DNA from: an uncultured delta proteobacterium
GTDB lineage: Bacteria; Desulfobacterota; Binatia; UBA9968
NCBI GenBank assembly: GCA_963840855.1
Contig: CAWJBB010000046.1
Coordinates: 32,001-96,000, forward strand
Length of the DNA stretch: 64,000 nt
Direction of reading: 5' to 3'
Of this stretch, positions 19,680-30,165 are shown in pieces. Position numbers and translations under genes: made by a program. How positions within the stretch are numbered: the first letter of the stretch is position 1; the number at the start of each line of letters is the position of its first letter. The notes below the pieces were generated by a model that made no database searches, was not told the origin of the DNA, and worked only from the letters and a program-made list of their open reading frames with translations.

Positions 19680-20595
19680 ATGGCGCAAACGATCCCGGAG
19701 TTAATGAACACCCGGCAGGTGGCCGGCTATCTGGGGATTAATGAGAAAAAAATTTATGCGTTGGCCAAGGCCGGCAAGATCCCTTGCACCCGGGTGACTG
19801 GCAAATGGACGTTTCCCGCGTAAGCTGATCGACGCGTGGATCGAACAGAGTGCCGTCCGGCCGGAGCGAGGTGAGATGCGGCCGGAGCCGCGGCCGCTTC
19901 TGCTCGCCGCGGGAAGCGACGATCCAAGCCTGTCGGTTTTGCGCGAGCTATTTGAACAACGGACAAAGCCCGCCTCCCTTTTCTTGAATACCGTCGGCAG
20001 CAGTGCGGGGCTTGCGGCGCTCCGTAATGGCGTTGCCGATTTCGCCACTGCCCATCTTTTTGATCCCAAAAGTGGTGAATACAATCTGCCATTCGTCAAG
20101 GATCTAGTCGGTGATAGAACGGTGGTCGTGCAGCTTTTTTACCGGCAACTGGGTCTCGTCGTGGCTCGGGGTAATCCGCTGAAGTTATGTGCGATCGGCG
20201 ATCTGGCGCGCCCCAAAGTGCGCTTGATCAATCGTCAAGCCGGTTCCGGCACGCGGCTCTACCTCGACCAGGCGCTGTCCCGCCTGAAAATCGACGCGCA
20301 CAATCTAAACGGTTACGAAACTTCTGTTTCGACGCACCTTGACGTGGCCATGAGGGTTCTGCGCGGCGAGGCCGATGCCGGGCTGGCGACCTTGGCGAGC
20401 GCACGCATGTTAGGGCTCGACTTTGTGCCGCTGACGCGCGAGCGCTTTGACGCGGTGATAGCCAGGGAGCGTTTCTTCTCGCCGGGGATACAGACGCTAT
20501 TGAGTATCGTCGGCTCCAGCGAATTTCGCTGTCGCCTCGCAGCAATGGGCGGGTACGACGGCGCGGAGTCCGGACGGATTATCTACACACGTTAG
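19680..20595 (+). CDS. Excisionase-like HTH plus molybdate/tungstate PBP-domain regulator, frameshifted near 19816
   Basis: MNTRQVAGYLGINEKKIY..GKIPCTRVTGKWTFP, then the next frame RKLIDAWIEQS...AGSDD...INRQAGSGTR; directly upstream of tupABC. Confidence 0.8.
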
Positions 20596-20614
20596 ACAGC
20601 GGGTAAAGGAGGCT

Positions 20615-21472
20615 GTGATGCTAATGCAGGGACGGTCAATTGGCCTGTTCGTATTCTTGCTTGGATTGCTGCTCGGTGTCCCGAGCCGAAGCGCCGAGAC
20701 ACAAAGCCGCAACGTCATCCTGTCGACGACAACGAGCACGCAGGATTCCGGCTTGCTCGACCTGCTAGTGCCGGTGTTCGAAAAACAGAGCGGCTACAGC
20801 GTGAAGACGGTTTCCGTCGGCACCGGTCAGGCGCTGGCGCTGGCGGCCAAAGGCGATGCCGACGTGGCTCTGGTTCACGCCCCCAGCCTGGAAAAGAAAT
20901 ATGTCGCCGGCGGCCAACTGCAAAACCGTCGCCTGGTGATGTACAACGATTTCGTCATTATTGGGCCGAAAGACGATCCGGCCAAGATACGTACGGTCAA
21001 ATCCACGCTGGCGGCATTGAAAGCGATAGAGCAAGCCAAGGCCGCGTTTGTCTCCCGCGGCGATAACTCCGGGACCCATACTCTTGAAAAAGCCCTCTGG
21101 AAAGAGGCGGGTATCCAACCCATTGGCCCGTGGTACATCGAATCGGGGCAGGGCATGGGCGCGACTCTGAATATTGCGAACGAACGTAATGCTTACACGA
21201 TCACGGATCGCGGCACTTATCTGGCGCTGGGCAAGCGCGTGACTCTGCCGATTCTCGTTGAAGGGGATCGCGCATTGCTGAACATTTATTCCGTCATGGA
21301 AGTGAATCCCGCCAACGGGCCGCGCGTGAACGCCGCCGGGGGCAAGGCGTTCGCGGATTTTCTGGTGTCGCCGCAAGCGCAAAATTTGATCAAGAACTTC
21401 GGCGTCGAAAAGTTCGGCCAGCCATTGTTTGTGCCCGTTGCCCACAAGCGAGAAGAAGAATTGGGGGTATGA
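20615..21472 (+). CDS. tupA: Tungstate ABC transporter substrate-binding protein
   Basis: TTTSTQDSGLL, VGTGQAL, FVSRGDNSGTH, GQGMG signature. Confidence 0.92.
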   Translation: MMLMQGRSIGLFVFLLGLLLGVPSRSAETQSRNVILSTTTSTQDSGLLDLLVPVFEKQSGYSVKTVSVGTGQALALAAKGDADVALVHAPSLEKKYVAGGQLQNRRLVMYNDFVIIGPKDDPAKIRTVKSTLAALKAIEQAKAAFVSRGDNSGTHTLEKALWKEAGIQPIGPWYIESGQGMGATLNIANERNAYTITDRGTYLALGKRVTLPILVEGDRALLNIYSVMEVNPANGPRVNAAGGKAFADFLVSPQAQNLIKNFGVEKFGQPLFVPVAHKREEELGV

Positions 21473-21473
21473 C

Positions 21474-22187
21474 ATGGAGCTGATCTGGCAGGGCGCCGTC
21501 AAGGCTGCCGAGCTCGTCTTGGGTTTCGATGCCGAGGTGTGGTCTATCACCTGGCGCTCGCTACAGGTCTCCGGCTATGCGACGCTACTTTCGCTCTTGC
21601 TCGGTATTCCGTTCGGCATCGCTCTCGCGCTTGCGGGATTTCCCGGGCGCAGCGCGGCGGTTGCCTTGATCAATACCGGCATGGGCCTGCCGCCTGTGGT
21701 GGTGGGTCTGTTCGTGTCGATTTTCCTCTGGCGCAGCGGGCCTATCGGCTTCATGGAGTTGATTTACACACCCACTGCGATGGTCGTCGCCCAGGTGATC
21801 ATCGCTTTTCCCATCGTCGCCGGTTTAACGATGGCGAGTTTTCAAGCCCTCGATCCCAAGCTCGCCTTGCAATTGCTCGGCATCGGCGCATCGAAGACTC
21901 AGTTGCTGTGGTTGTTGTGCAAAGAGGCGAAGTTACCGATGCTGGCGGCGGTTATGGCCGGCTTTGGCGGGGTCATCTCGGAGGTCGGCGCCTCGATGAT
22001 GGTGGGCGGCAACATCCGCGGCCAGACCCGCGTTCTTACCACCGCCACGGTGCTGGAAACCGGCAAAGGCAACTTCGATATCGCCATCGCGCTGGGGTTG
22101 ATCCTGCTGGCGCTGACCTTCGCCATAAACTTTCTTCTCACCCGTATTCAGCAGCGGGAGCAACTGCGGTGGCCGCGACTCTCCTGA
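21474..22187 (+). CDS. tupB: Tungstate ABC transporter permease
   Basis: NTGMGLPPVVVGL, ISEVGASMMVGGNI, TRVLTTA. Confidence 0.92.
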   Translation: MELIWQGAVKAAELVLGFDAEVWSITWRSLQVSGYATLLSLLLGIPFGIALALAGFPGRSAAVALINTGMGLPPVVVGLFVSIFLWRSGPIGFMELIYTPTAMVVAQVIIAFPIVAGLTMASFQALDPKLALQLLGIGASKTQLLWLLCKEAKLPMLAAVMAGFGGVISEVGASMMVGGNIRGQTRVLTTATVLETGKGNFDIAIALGLILLALTFAINFLLTRIQQREQLRWPRLS

Positions 22188-23248
22188 CACTGCGCGACGT
22201 ACTTGTCAGTTACGGCAACTTAGTCGCGTTGCAGATCGCGGCTCTCGATTTGCATCCCCGCGAAGTTCTGGCGATCATCGGGCCAAACGGCGGCGGTAAG
22301 TCGACCTTGCTGCGGGTGATGGGTTTGCTCCAGCGTCCCACCAGCGGCACGGTGCTGTTCCGCGGTGAGCATGCGTTTGATGGAAATTCGCTTGAACTCA
22401 GGCGGCGCATCGCCACGGTGTTTCAGGAGCCGCTGCTGGTCAACGCGACAGTTTACGAAAACGCCGCCCTCGGTATGAGGCTGCGCGGCGTTGCCAGCCG
22501 TGACATTGCGCGGCGTCTCGAGCCCTGGCTGGAGCGGCTGGGCATCGCTCACCTGCGGGGACAGTCTGCTCGCAGTTTGTCCGGCGGCGAAGCCCAACGC
22601 ACTAGCCTTGCCCGCGCTCTTGTGCTCGAACCTGAAATTCTGTTGCTCGACGAGCCTTTTGCCGCTCTGGACCCCACCAGCCGGGAAGCGTTGCTGCGGG
22701 ATTTTCAACCGATTATAAAAGACAGCGGAATAACCACGGTATTTGTCACCCACGATAGGAACGAGGCTTTCGGCCTCGCCGGCCGCGTCGGTGTTTTACA
22801 TCTTGGCCGCCTGGTGCAAATCGGCGCCCGCGAGGAGGTCTTTCGTCGACCTGTCAGCGAAGCCGTGGCCGAGATCGTCGGCGTTGAGAACCTTCTGCCC
22901 GGCGTGGTCGAAGACTGCGAAGAGGAATGGACTATTATCCGGGTCAATCAGAACAAGTTTAAGATGGCGGGAAGATTCACGCCCGGCGCAAAGGTCGTTG
23001 TTTGTCTCCGCCAGGAAGATGTCGTGCTCAGCCGAGGAAGCTGTGAAACGAGCAATTCAAACCGGCTCATGGGAAGAATTACCGGTATATCGACGGGCGT
23101 GATGCACCAGCGCATAACCATGGACTGCGGTGGCATCGAGGTCGTGGCGCTAGTAGATCGAAGGGTTGGCTTCGGGCTGGGACTTGCAGAAGGAGAAAAG
23201 GTTACGGCGACGTTCAGCTACAGCGCGGCACATCTCATCGTCGATTAA
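22169..23248 (+). CDS. tupC: Tungstate ABC transporter ATPase with TOBE domain
   Basis: GPNGGGKST, LSGGEAQR, LLLDEP; GTG 22169 overlaps the tupB end. Confidence 0.88.
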   Translation: MAATLLTLRDVLVSYGNLVALQIAALDLHPREVLAIIGPNGGGKSTLLRVMGLLQRPTSGTVLFRGEHAFDGNSLELRRRIATVFQEPLLVNATVYENAALGMRLRGVASRDIARRLEPWLERLGIAHLRGQSARSLSGGEAQRTSLARALVLEPEILLLDEPFAALDPTSREALLRDFQPIIKDSGITTVFVTHDRNEAFGLAGRVGVLHLGRLVQIGAREEVFRRPVSEAVAEIVGVENLLPGVVEDCEEEWTIIRVNQNKFKMAGRFTPGAKVVVCLRQEDVVLSRGSCETSNSNRLMGRITGISTGVMHQRITMDCGGIEVVALVDRRVGFGLGLAEGEKVTATFSYSAAHLIVD

Positions 23249-23412
23249 TGAGATTTCGACGTGGCTCAGGCATGCTTTGCGTCTTTGCGAGACACAGTTG
23301 TTTCAATCCTCTCTCATCCGAAATTCAATATGTTTGATAATTTTTAGTAGACAGCGGAGTCCGGGTTAGGTAATGATTTCGCGAGTATGCCTCAGTGAAA
23401 AAGGGGTAACCG

Positions 23413-23904
23413 ATGTCTGCTTTTGAATCCTACGCCGCGGTGGTGACCGACAAGCGGCAAATTGAAATGCGCAGCTTTCCAGTCCCGCAGGTATCGCCAG
23501 CGGACGCGATTTTGAAAGTGGAGTTGTGCGGTATTTGCGGCAGCGACTATCACTATTACACCGAAGGAGAGCACTGGCCTTATCAGTTGCCGCCGCAGAT
23601 TTTGGGCCACGAGGTTGTCGGACGCATTGAAAAGATCGGCCATGAAGCCGCAAGGAAATGGCGCGTTAAAGAAGGCGATCTGGTGATCGTCGAGTCTGCG
23701 ATTACCTGCGGGCGTTGCCGCTACTGCCAGACCGGCAATTCATCCTTATGCTCCACCAAACAAAGCTACGGCATGAGCGCGAGCATGAAGAATCCGCCGC
23801 ACCGCGCTGAATCCGTGGAGCGCCTGAATAGTGGGTGCGCATCGCAAAACCCATTGACGTTTTTTTCTCGCGCCGATGAGCGGACCCCGGCGAAACCTAC
23901 TTAG
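23413..23904 (+). pseudogene. Zinc-dependent alcohol dehydrogenase, N-terminal half only
   Basis: GICGSD, ILGHE, CGRCRYC..GNSSLC present; similarity stops near 23800 and the Rossmann domain is missing. Confidence 0.75.
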
Positions 23905-24977
23905 CGGGACAAGCTGTGCACCGTCTGGCCGATGAGCTGCTTGGGATCTGCGCCTGGTCTAGGGCGTAGCTTCTGCACTCGGCCGTTAAAGACTTCGGCG
24001 ATGTAAAGGCTCCCCTCGTTGTCGACGCTTACTTGATGCGGTCCCCACATGCCGCCAGGGAGCGGCCCGAACGTACCCCAGGAACTAAGCAATTTGCCAT
24101 TGAGGTCATACTTGAGCATCTTTTGCGTAACTCCGTCGGAGACAATGACTTCTCCGTCTCTCGACATGACGACGTAGTAGGGCGAACGGATATTGTTCCA
24201 CTCGTCGACGTACTTGCCGTTCAAATCAAAGATCTGGATGCGCGAGTTGGAACGGTCCGACACATAGACGCGCTGGCGGTCCAGTCGATGGCGATGCTAT
24301 GCACCAGATTGAATTCGCCCGGACCTTTCCCAGGCTTGCCCCACTCGAAGAGAAACTTGCCCTCTTTGTCGTACTTCGCCACGCGGGTATTTACGTAGCC
24401 GTCGCTTACGTAAAAATCCCCATTGGGGAGGAATGCCACATCGGTGGGCCGATTGAATTGATTGGGCCGTGGCCGGGTTTCTTGAATTCGCCGAGCGTGA
24501 GCAGCACTTTCTTGCCATCCGGCGAGAACTTCAGGATCTGGTGCGCGCCATCGTCAACCAACCAGACGTTTTGCTCGCGGTCGTACGGGCTGATGTCACG
24601 CGGTGCGGCCTGACAAACTTGTCGTTGTGCTGTTCCCAAGAATCGACCAGCTTGCCATTGCGGTCGAGGATCAAAAGGCAATGCTCCCAGCGCGGCTTCG
24701 CTTGCGTCGCGACCCGCTTGGGAAGTCCTCCGCCGCCGATGGGCTCCTTTAGCACCTCCAGCTCGCCGCGCTGAAAGACGAAGACGCGGTCCGGGGTCTC
24801 GGCCCATACACCGGCAACCGAGCCCCAGCTCCAGCCGTCGTTGTGCAGCGGCTGTGGCCAGTTCGAAACAACTTCATAGGGGCCGGTTTCATCTTCGCCT
24901 CCTTTGTGGGGCGCCATGGCGGCGTAGGCCAGGCCGAAGATTAAAACCGCGACTAGACTCCATTTCACGATTAGCAT
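23901..24977 (-). pseudogene. NHL-repeat (peptidyl-alpha-hydroxyglycine lyase-like) secreted protein split by three frameshifts
   Basis: Consecutive NHL segments in four ORF pieces (GPYEVVSNWP; VWLVDDGAHQI; FYVSDGYVNTRV; SDRSNSRIQ); shifts near 24600, 24460 and 24280. Confidence 0.75.
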
Positions 24978-25266
24978 AGAGCCTCCTTGCGCTAGCGCAG
25001 CTTCGAGTTAAGGGTTCGTGGTGACGAATTGAGCCAATAGTTGTTACAAGGCCATCTTGCGTGTGACTTATAGCCCAGGGGCGGAAATTGTCCACATATC
25101 CGAAGAGCCTATCCACGGAATGGGCTGACGTGCGACAAGAGGTCCCGAGTCTACTGGTGGTGGTCTGGCGAAAACGCTAGACCCAGCCTTGGGAGTCTAG
25201 ACCACAACTTTTGGCGATGGACAGCCGGGCCGATGTCGGGTAATGGTTTGAAGAACGGAGGAATCT

Positions 25267-26358
25267 ATGTCAACGGCAAAAGTGAAAACCGATGTCATCG
25301 ACGCCGACGCGCATGTGGTTGAGAGTGAGCGGGTATGGGATTATCTCGACGCGGCCGAAGAGAAATTCCGCCCAACGCTCCTGGCTGAGCCGGATAACCC
25401 GGAGAGACAGTATTGGGTTCTCGATGGCGAGAATCTCGGCCCCAAGTTTCCTTCGCCCAACGAGAAAGAAGCTGAAGAGCATGTCAAAAGATTCGGCCGG
25501 GAGGTGGGAACTCCGGTGAAAGCCCGCGAGCTAAGCGACGTGACGCAGCGGCTCAAGCATTTGGACGAATTGGGGATCGACGTTCAAGTGCTTTACAATT
25601 CGCTCTGGCTCAGGCCCCTCACGCGCCGGCCGGACGTAGAGATCGCGCTCTGTTGGAGTTGGAACCGCTGGTTGGCGGATGTCTGGAAGCTGGGCGAGAA
25701 TCGTCTGCGCTGGACTTGCGTGGTGCCGGCGCTGACACCCGAGGAGGCTGTGCCGCAAATTCGTTTCGCCAAGGAACATGGCGCCGTTGGCGTGTGCATT
25801 CGGCCCTTCGAGCGGAATAAACTGATGACGGATCCTTTTTACTATCCGATCTACGACGAGGCGCAGCGCCTCGACATTCCAGTCACCGTCCATATTGCGA
25901 ACGGGAACCCCGAACTGTTCAAATTGATGACCAACGAATCCGGCGGCGGTTTCTCGACATTTCGAATCCCGACGGTCACCGCGTGCTACGCGCTGATCAT
26001 GAGCGAGATACCTCGAGTCTTCCCGAAGCTGCGCTGGGGTTTCATCGAGACATCGAGCCAGTGGGTACCCTGGGTGGTTCACGAGGCCGTGCGGCGGTCT
26101 TTAGGGAGCGAGCATCCGGTTTCCACCAATTGCTTTGGCGAGTACAACATTTACGTTTCCACTCAGACCGACGACGACTTTGAGTACATCATGTCCTACG
26201 CGGGCGAAGGGAATCTCGTCATCGGCACCGACTATGGCCACGGCGACACCTCCAGCGAGCTGAATGCGATTTCCAGGTTCAAAGCAATGGGAGGACTTAG
26301 CCCCGAGGTGAAAAGGAAGATTCTTTCCGACAACCCGAAAAGATTCTACGGCATTTGA
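25267..26358 (+). CDS. Amidohydrolase-2 family protein
   Basis: IDADAHV, VTVHIA, FIET, GTDYGHGD motifs. Confidence 0.9.
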   Translation: MSTAKVKTDVIDADAHVVESERVWDYLDAAEEKFRPTLLAEPDNPERQYWVLDGENLGPKFPSPNEKEAEEHVKRFGREVGTPVKARELSDVTQRLKHLDELGIDVQVLYNSLWLRPLTRRPDVEIALCWSWNRWLADVWKLGENRLRWTCVVPALTPEEAVPQIRFAKEHGAVGVCIRPFERNKLMTDPFYYPIYDEAQRLDIPVTVHIANGNPELFKLMTNESGGGFSTFRIPTVTACYALIMSEIPRVFPKLRWGFIETSSQWVPWVVHEAVRRSLGSEHPVSTNCFGEYNIYVSTQTDDDFEYIMSYAGEGNLVIGTDYGHGDTSSELNAISRFKAMGGLSPEVKRKILSDNPKRFYGI

Positions 26359-26689
26359 ATCCTGGTATTTTGCCCAAAGGATTTTGCTCTTGTTGTTCGT
26401 GTTCATGATTTGTGTCCTACCGAAAGGTAGGGGTGCCGGCCCATCCTTCCGGCGCTCTATTCCGAAGACTTACAGGACGGGCAAATCATCAACAAACAAG
26501 TCACGATACGTAACCCGTTTGCGTCTCTGTAAGATTATTACGAAAGAGTACCTCCGATCGACCTGTTCGACTCCATCCAGTAAAAACATATTCGGTCGTT
26601 GCGGCTAAACCGTGGCTGCGGCACCGGGGAAAAGCTATATCAGGAGAAGTTCAAGCGCTGACCTAGAGAAGGGAGTGACGGGTTCATCT

Positions 26690-27115
26690 ATGACATCGTT
26701 TCCCGTTTCACCCAACAAAGAAAAACAACTCTCTGAGCGCATGCGAGCCCTGGATGTTCGAGAGCAGGATATCGAGGAGCAATTTGTGCGCTCGTCGGGC
26801 GCCGGCGGCCAGAACGTCAATAAAGTCTCGACCTGTGTGCTGCTCTATCACCGGCCATCGGGTATCCGGGTCAAGTGCCAAAAGGAGCGCTCCCAGGCGC
26901 TCAATCGTTTCCTGGCCCGAAGAATTCTGCTGGATAAAATCGAGGCCAAGGTTAGAGGCACCCAAACGGCGGAGGAACAAAGGGCCGCCAAGATTCGGCG
27001 CCAGAAGAGAAAGCGTTCCCGGCGCGCCAAGTCGCGGATGCTCGATGAAAAGCATCGCCAGGCCGAGAAGAAAATTCGCAGAGCCGCCGTGCGGCCTGAT
27101 CATTACGACGGCTGA
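26690..27115 (+). CDS. GGQ peptidyl-tRNA hydrolase / ArfB-like ribosome rescue factor
   Basis: [22 protein letters not shown], basic C-terminal tail. Confidence 0.85.
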   Translation: MTSFPVSPNKEKQLSERMRALDVREQDIEEQFVRSSGAGGQNVNKVSTCVLLYHRPSGIRVKCQKERSQALNRFLARRILLDKIEAKVRGTQTAEEQRAAKIRRQKRKRSRRAKSRMLDEKHRQAEKKIRRAAVRPDHYDG

Positions 27116-27160
27116 ATTTAACTACGCACAGGGTTCATTCATCGCGCACAAAAATACAGA

Positions 27161-27979
27161 TCATTTCACGTCCGTTCTACGATAGCCTGGGTTAGGCCCA
27201 CCCTTCTGTGAAGACAAGTACTCGCCCACTTGACCCAGCGGATCAACCATCAGCCGTTGTCGCGCCCCGACGAGTTGGTCAAGGCTCATGGCCTGAGGCA
27301 GCGAGAGGTCCCGGCCCATCTGAACGGCGATCTTGGCGTTTGCCAAAGCCGCGGGATGGCGGGAGGCAATTTCCTGTGCCAGTTTTAGCGTCACAGTTTC
27401 CAGTTCCGCTTCCGCAACCGCCATCGAAACGAGACCGAGCCGGTCCGCCTCGGTGCCTGTGATGTTTTGCCCACCGAGTTGAATCAGAGCCGCCTTTTTC
27501 ATCGGCACACCGGCGTGAAAGAGAGTGCTCGTCGCCATTTGTCCGAAGCTGCCGCGCAGTATTTCCGGCATGCCGATCTGAGCGTTCGCAGCTGCAATGA
27601 CGAGATCATGTGAGTTCATCAGCGCGAGACCACCGCCGAGACAATAGCCGTGCACCTGGGCGATGGTTACTTTGGCGAAGTTGCGGATCGCTTCAAACAT
27701 CACGGCAGTTGGACTGAACTTATCCCAATCCGCCGGAGGTTCCTCGTTCTGCGCGCGCAAATAGTAGAGGTCCAGGCCCGAACAGTAAGAAGGCCCATTG
27801 CCTTTTGTGATAACCACATTGATCTCGCGATCGGCTCGGACCGCTTCCAGAGCGCTCATGACATCGTCAACGAGCTGTCCGTTCACCGCGTTTCGTTTTT
27901 CCGGCCGGTTGAAAATAATCCTGGCGACGCCAGTGCCGCTAATTTTTTCCAGAATTACCGTTGACAGTTGCTTTTCCAT
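27161..27979 (-). CDS. Enoyl-CoA hydratase/lyase family protein
   Basis: NRPEKRNA, CSGLDL, VHGYCLGGG, GMPEI; ATG 27979 after AAAGGAG. Confidence 0.88.
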   Translation of the reverse strand: MEKQLSTVILEKISGTGVARIIFNRPEKRNAVNGQLVDDVMSALEAVRADREINVVITKGNGPSYCSGLDLYYLRAQNEEPPADWDKFSPTAVMFEAIRNFAKVTIAQVHGYCLGGGLALMNSHDLVIAAANAQIGMPEILRGSFGQMATSTLFHAGVPMKKAALIQLGGQNITGTEADRLGLVSMAVAEAELETVTLKLAQEIASRHPAALANAKIAVQMGRDLSLPQAMSLDQLVGARQRLMVDPLGQVGEYLSSQKGGPNPGYRRTDVK

Positions 27980-28029
27980 GACAGTTTCTCCTTTGTGTTG
28001 CTGGGTTGCGGCGCATCCCCCGCCTTTCT

Positions 28030-29373
28030 TTATCCCATGAGCAGGCGACAAGTAGGGCGGATATCCTCGACGGTTTCCAACCTCTCTAGAGAATCCAAAA
28101 TCTCCGGAAGCGCCTTTTCGTCGATCGCTCGCCGCGCGCAATCGACGAATTTTTCTCTTAACTCTTGCGCCGAAAGGGGATGCTCGGCGCCGCCCTTTGC
28201 GTGCTCAACGTGGCGCGAAAGAGTCTGTCCGCCTTTTAAGCGCATCGTCACTTTGGAAGGGCGGGCTCCCGTGGAACTTTCGGAAAGGCTGGAGTCAAGG
28301 TTCATATGAACCCGATCCGCGAATTCTAGAATATGGCGCTCGCGCACCGCGGCATCCGTGAACGCATCCAGAGAAACTTTGCCGTCGATCATCGCCCGCG
28401 CCAAGACATAACCCATGCAAAACTTTCCCTGGAGCCCCGTCTGGGGAATGCGAAAAACCAGCCGGCTGTAAGCGTGTTCGGCTACGCCAACGTCGATCGC
28501 TTCCACCATTTCTGGAGCGATCCCGTGGCTGGAGCGCATATCGAGCACTGCATCGATCGCGTTGTGAGCGAGCCCGCCGCAAGGATAGGGCTTGATCTTT
28601 ATGCCGTGGAGGAGGTCATTGCACTGACCGAGCTCCGCGAAAGGACTCAGATCCGGAGGCAGGGTAAGATAAGCGCCGAAGAAACCTGATTCCGATTCAA
28701 GGCCCTGTGGACTGGCGGTGAACCCTGCTTGAGCGAGCTTCGCCGCAGTTACGCCGTTCCTCGCTGCCAGGCCAGTATCCAATGGTTTGGACATCGTTCC
28801 ATAGTTGCAGACAATTCCACTCGCCATGGCAGCGGCAATTCCAAGGGCCATGCGCAGTTGATCAGCGTCCAGCCGCAGCAGCTTGGCGCAGGAAACCGTC
28901 GCGCCAAAGGTGCCCAGAGTTCCCGCGCTGTGCCATTTGCCCCGACCTTTTTCAGGTATCGACCTGGCGATTTTCGCCGTTACTTCGAAGCCTGCGACGT
29001 ATGCCGCCAGCAAATCGCGCCCGCGCGCCCCGAGGGATTCGCCCAGGGCCATGATCGCCGGGATCACGCCGGACGTGGGCTGGCCCAAATACAAACTATG
29101 ATCGAAATCCAGCGCGTGGGCAGCGGTCCCATTGACGAAGGCGGCTTGGAGCGCCGATGACTTGAATCCCTGGCCGTAAACGCTCGCCTCGGCGGCGGCT
29201 CCTTCCTGTCGGGCTATCTGCCCGCATATAGTCGCGCTCTTTTCTCTGCTCCCAGCAAGAGTGACTCCGATGCAGTCGACGAATGCGGTTTTAGCGACTG
29301 CCAAAGCTTCCTGCGGAAGTTGTTCGTACTGCAACTCCACCACATAGCGGGCTATTTTTTCCGTGAGTTCCAT
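28030..29373 (-). CDS. MmgE/PrpD family protein
   Basis: NGTAAHALDFD, GKWHSAGT, KPYPCG motifs. Confidence 0.9.
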   Translation of the reverse strand: MELTEKIARYVVELQYEQLPQEALAVAKTAFVDCIGVTLAGSREKSATICGQIARQEGAAAEASVYGQGFKSSALQAAFVNGTAAHALDFDHSLYLGQPTSGVIPAIMALGESLGARGRDLLAAYVAGFEVTAKIARSIPEKGRGKWHSAGTLGTFGATVSCAKLLRLDADQLRMALGIAAAMASGIVCNYGTMSKPLDTGLAARNGVTAAKLAQAGFTASPQGLESESGFFGAYLTLPPDLSPFAELGQCNDLLHGIKIKPYPCGGLAHNAIDAVLDMRSSHGIAPEMVEAIDVGVAEHAYSRLVFRIPQTGLQGKFCMGYVLARAMIDGKVSLDAFTDAAVRERHILEFADRVHMNLDSSLSESSTGARPSKVTMRLKGGQTLSRHVEHAKGGAEHPLSAQELREKFVDCARRAIDEKALPEILDSLERLETVEDIRPTCRLLMG

Positions 29374-29544
29374 TGATTTCAAATCCTTCCGAAAGTTGTT
29401 GCCGACCCGACGGGTCTATATCGCCCGTCAGCCGCTGTCAAGCGCCATATAGATAACTTCTGCGGTTGACGTAAATGCCGTCCATCGGATACAAAGGGAG
29501 AAGATCGGTGCGATTATAATTGACAGAAGGGAGAATTGTCGATC

Positions 29545-29985
29545 ATGGAAACCAAACAACGCGGGATAAGGACTTTCAAGTGCGAGTTCAATGACCCGGA
29601 CTTCAAAGGCCTTCCCAAGAAAACCGAACGGCTGATTAGCAACAGCGATAGCAGCCTTTTGGGGCTAGGCATGCAAGTGGTCCTAGCCGGAGGCGAGACG
29701 AACCGCCACGCCCACACTGGCCAAGACGCGGCGTGGCTAGTCCTTGAAGGCCGCGCTCGGTTCTACGGTAAGACCGACGACGAGGTGTTCGAGATCGGTC
29801 CACAGGAAGGCCTCTTCATGCCGGACGGACAGGATTACTGGTTCGAGTCGGCGTCGGATCAACCGCTTAAGATCCTGCGCATGTCGGCGCGAGATCCCCG
29901 GGCCGAAGCCAAGCGGATGAACTACGAAGATCTGAAAGGCTGGCAAGGCCATCTCGGCGGCGAGCGCGTCACCGCGCGCAAGTAG
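29545..29985 (+). CDS. Cupin domain protein
   Basis: GGETNRHAH..QDAAWLVLEG, YWFES; start uncertain (29536 or 29545). Confidence 0.8.
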   Translation: METKQRGIRTFKCEFNDPDFKGLPKKTERLISNSDSSLLGLGMQVVLAGGETNRHAHTGQDAAWLVLEGRARFYGKTDDEVFEIGPQEGLFMPDGQDYWFESASDQPLKILRMSARDPRAEAKRMNYEDLKGWQGHLGGERVTARK

Positions 29986-30013
29986 CAGTCCAGTCTTTAT
30001 TTAGGACGCAAAA

Positions 30014-30061
30014 GGGACAGGTTGATTGGTTCCGCTCGGGAGCTCGAAATCAGCCTGTCCC
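30014..30061. repeat. Intergenic inverted repeat (GGGACAGG type)
   Basis: GGGACAGGTTGATT ... AATCAGCCTGTCCC. Confidence 0.55.
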
Positions 30062-30165
30062 CCGCCTTCGCACCGCGGACGGAAGACAATCGGGGCTGAA
30101 TCCGGAACATTTAAACCTTGAACTCGAAGTTACGGCAACTCTGCTAGTAATCGCCATAGCCTTTG

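Noticed and set aside
19810-19825. Programmed frameshift in the HTH-PBP regulator
   Set aside because: No canonical slippery heptamer; similar single-base indels elsewhere suggest sequencing error.
21539-22168. N-terminal extension of the 569-aa ABC ATPase ORF
   Set aside because: It overlaps tupB in another frame and is low-complexity; the real start is probably GTG 22169.
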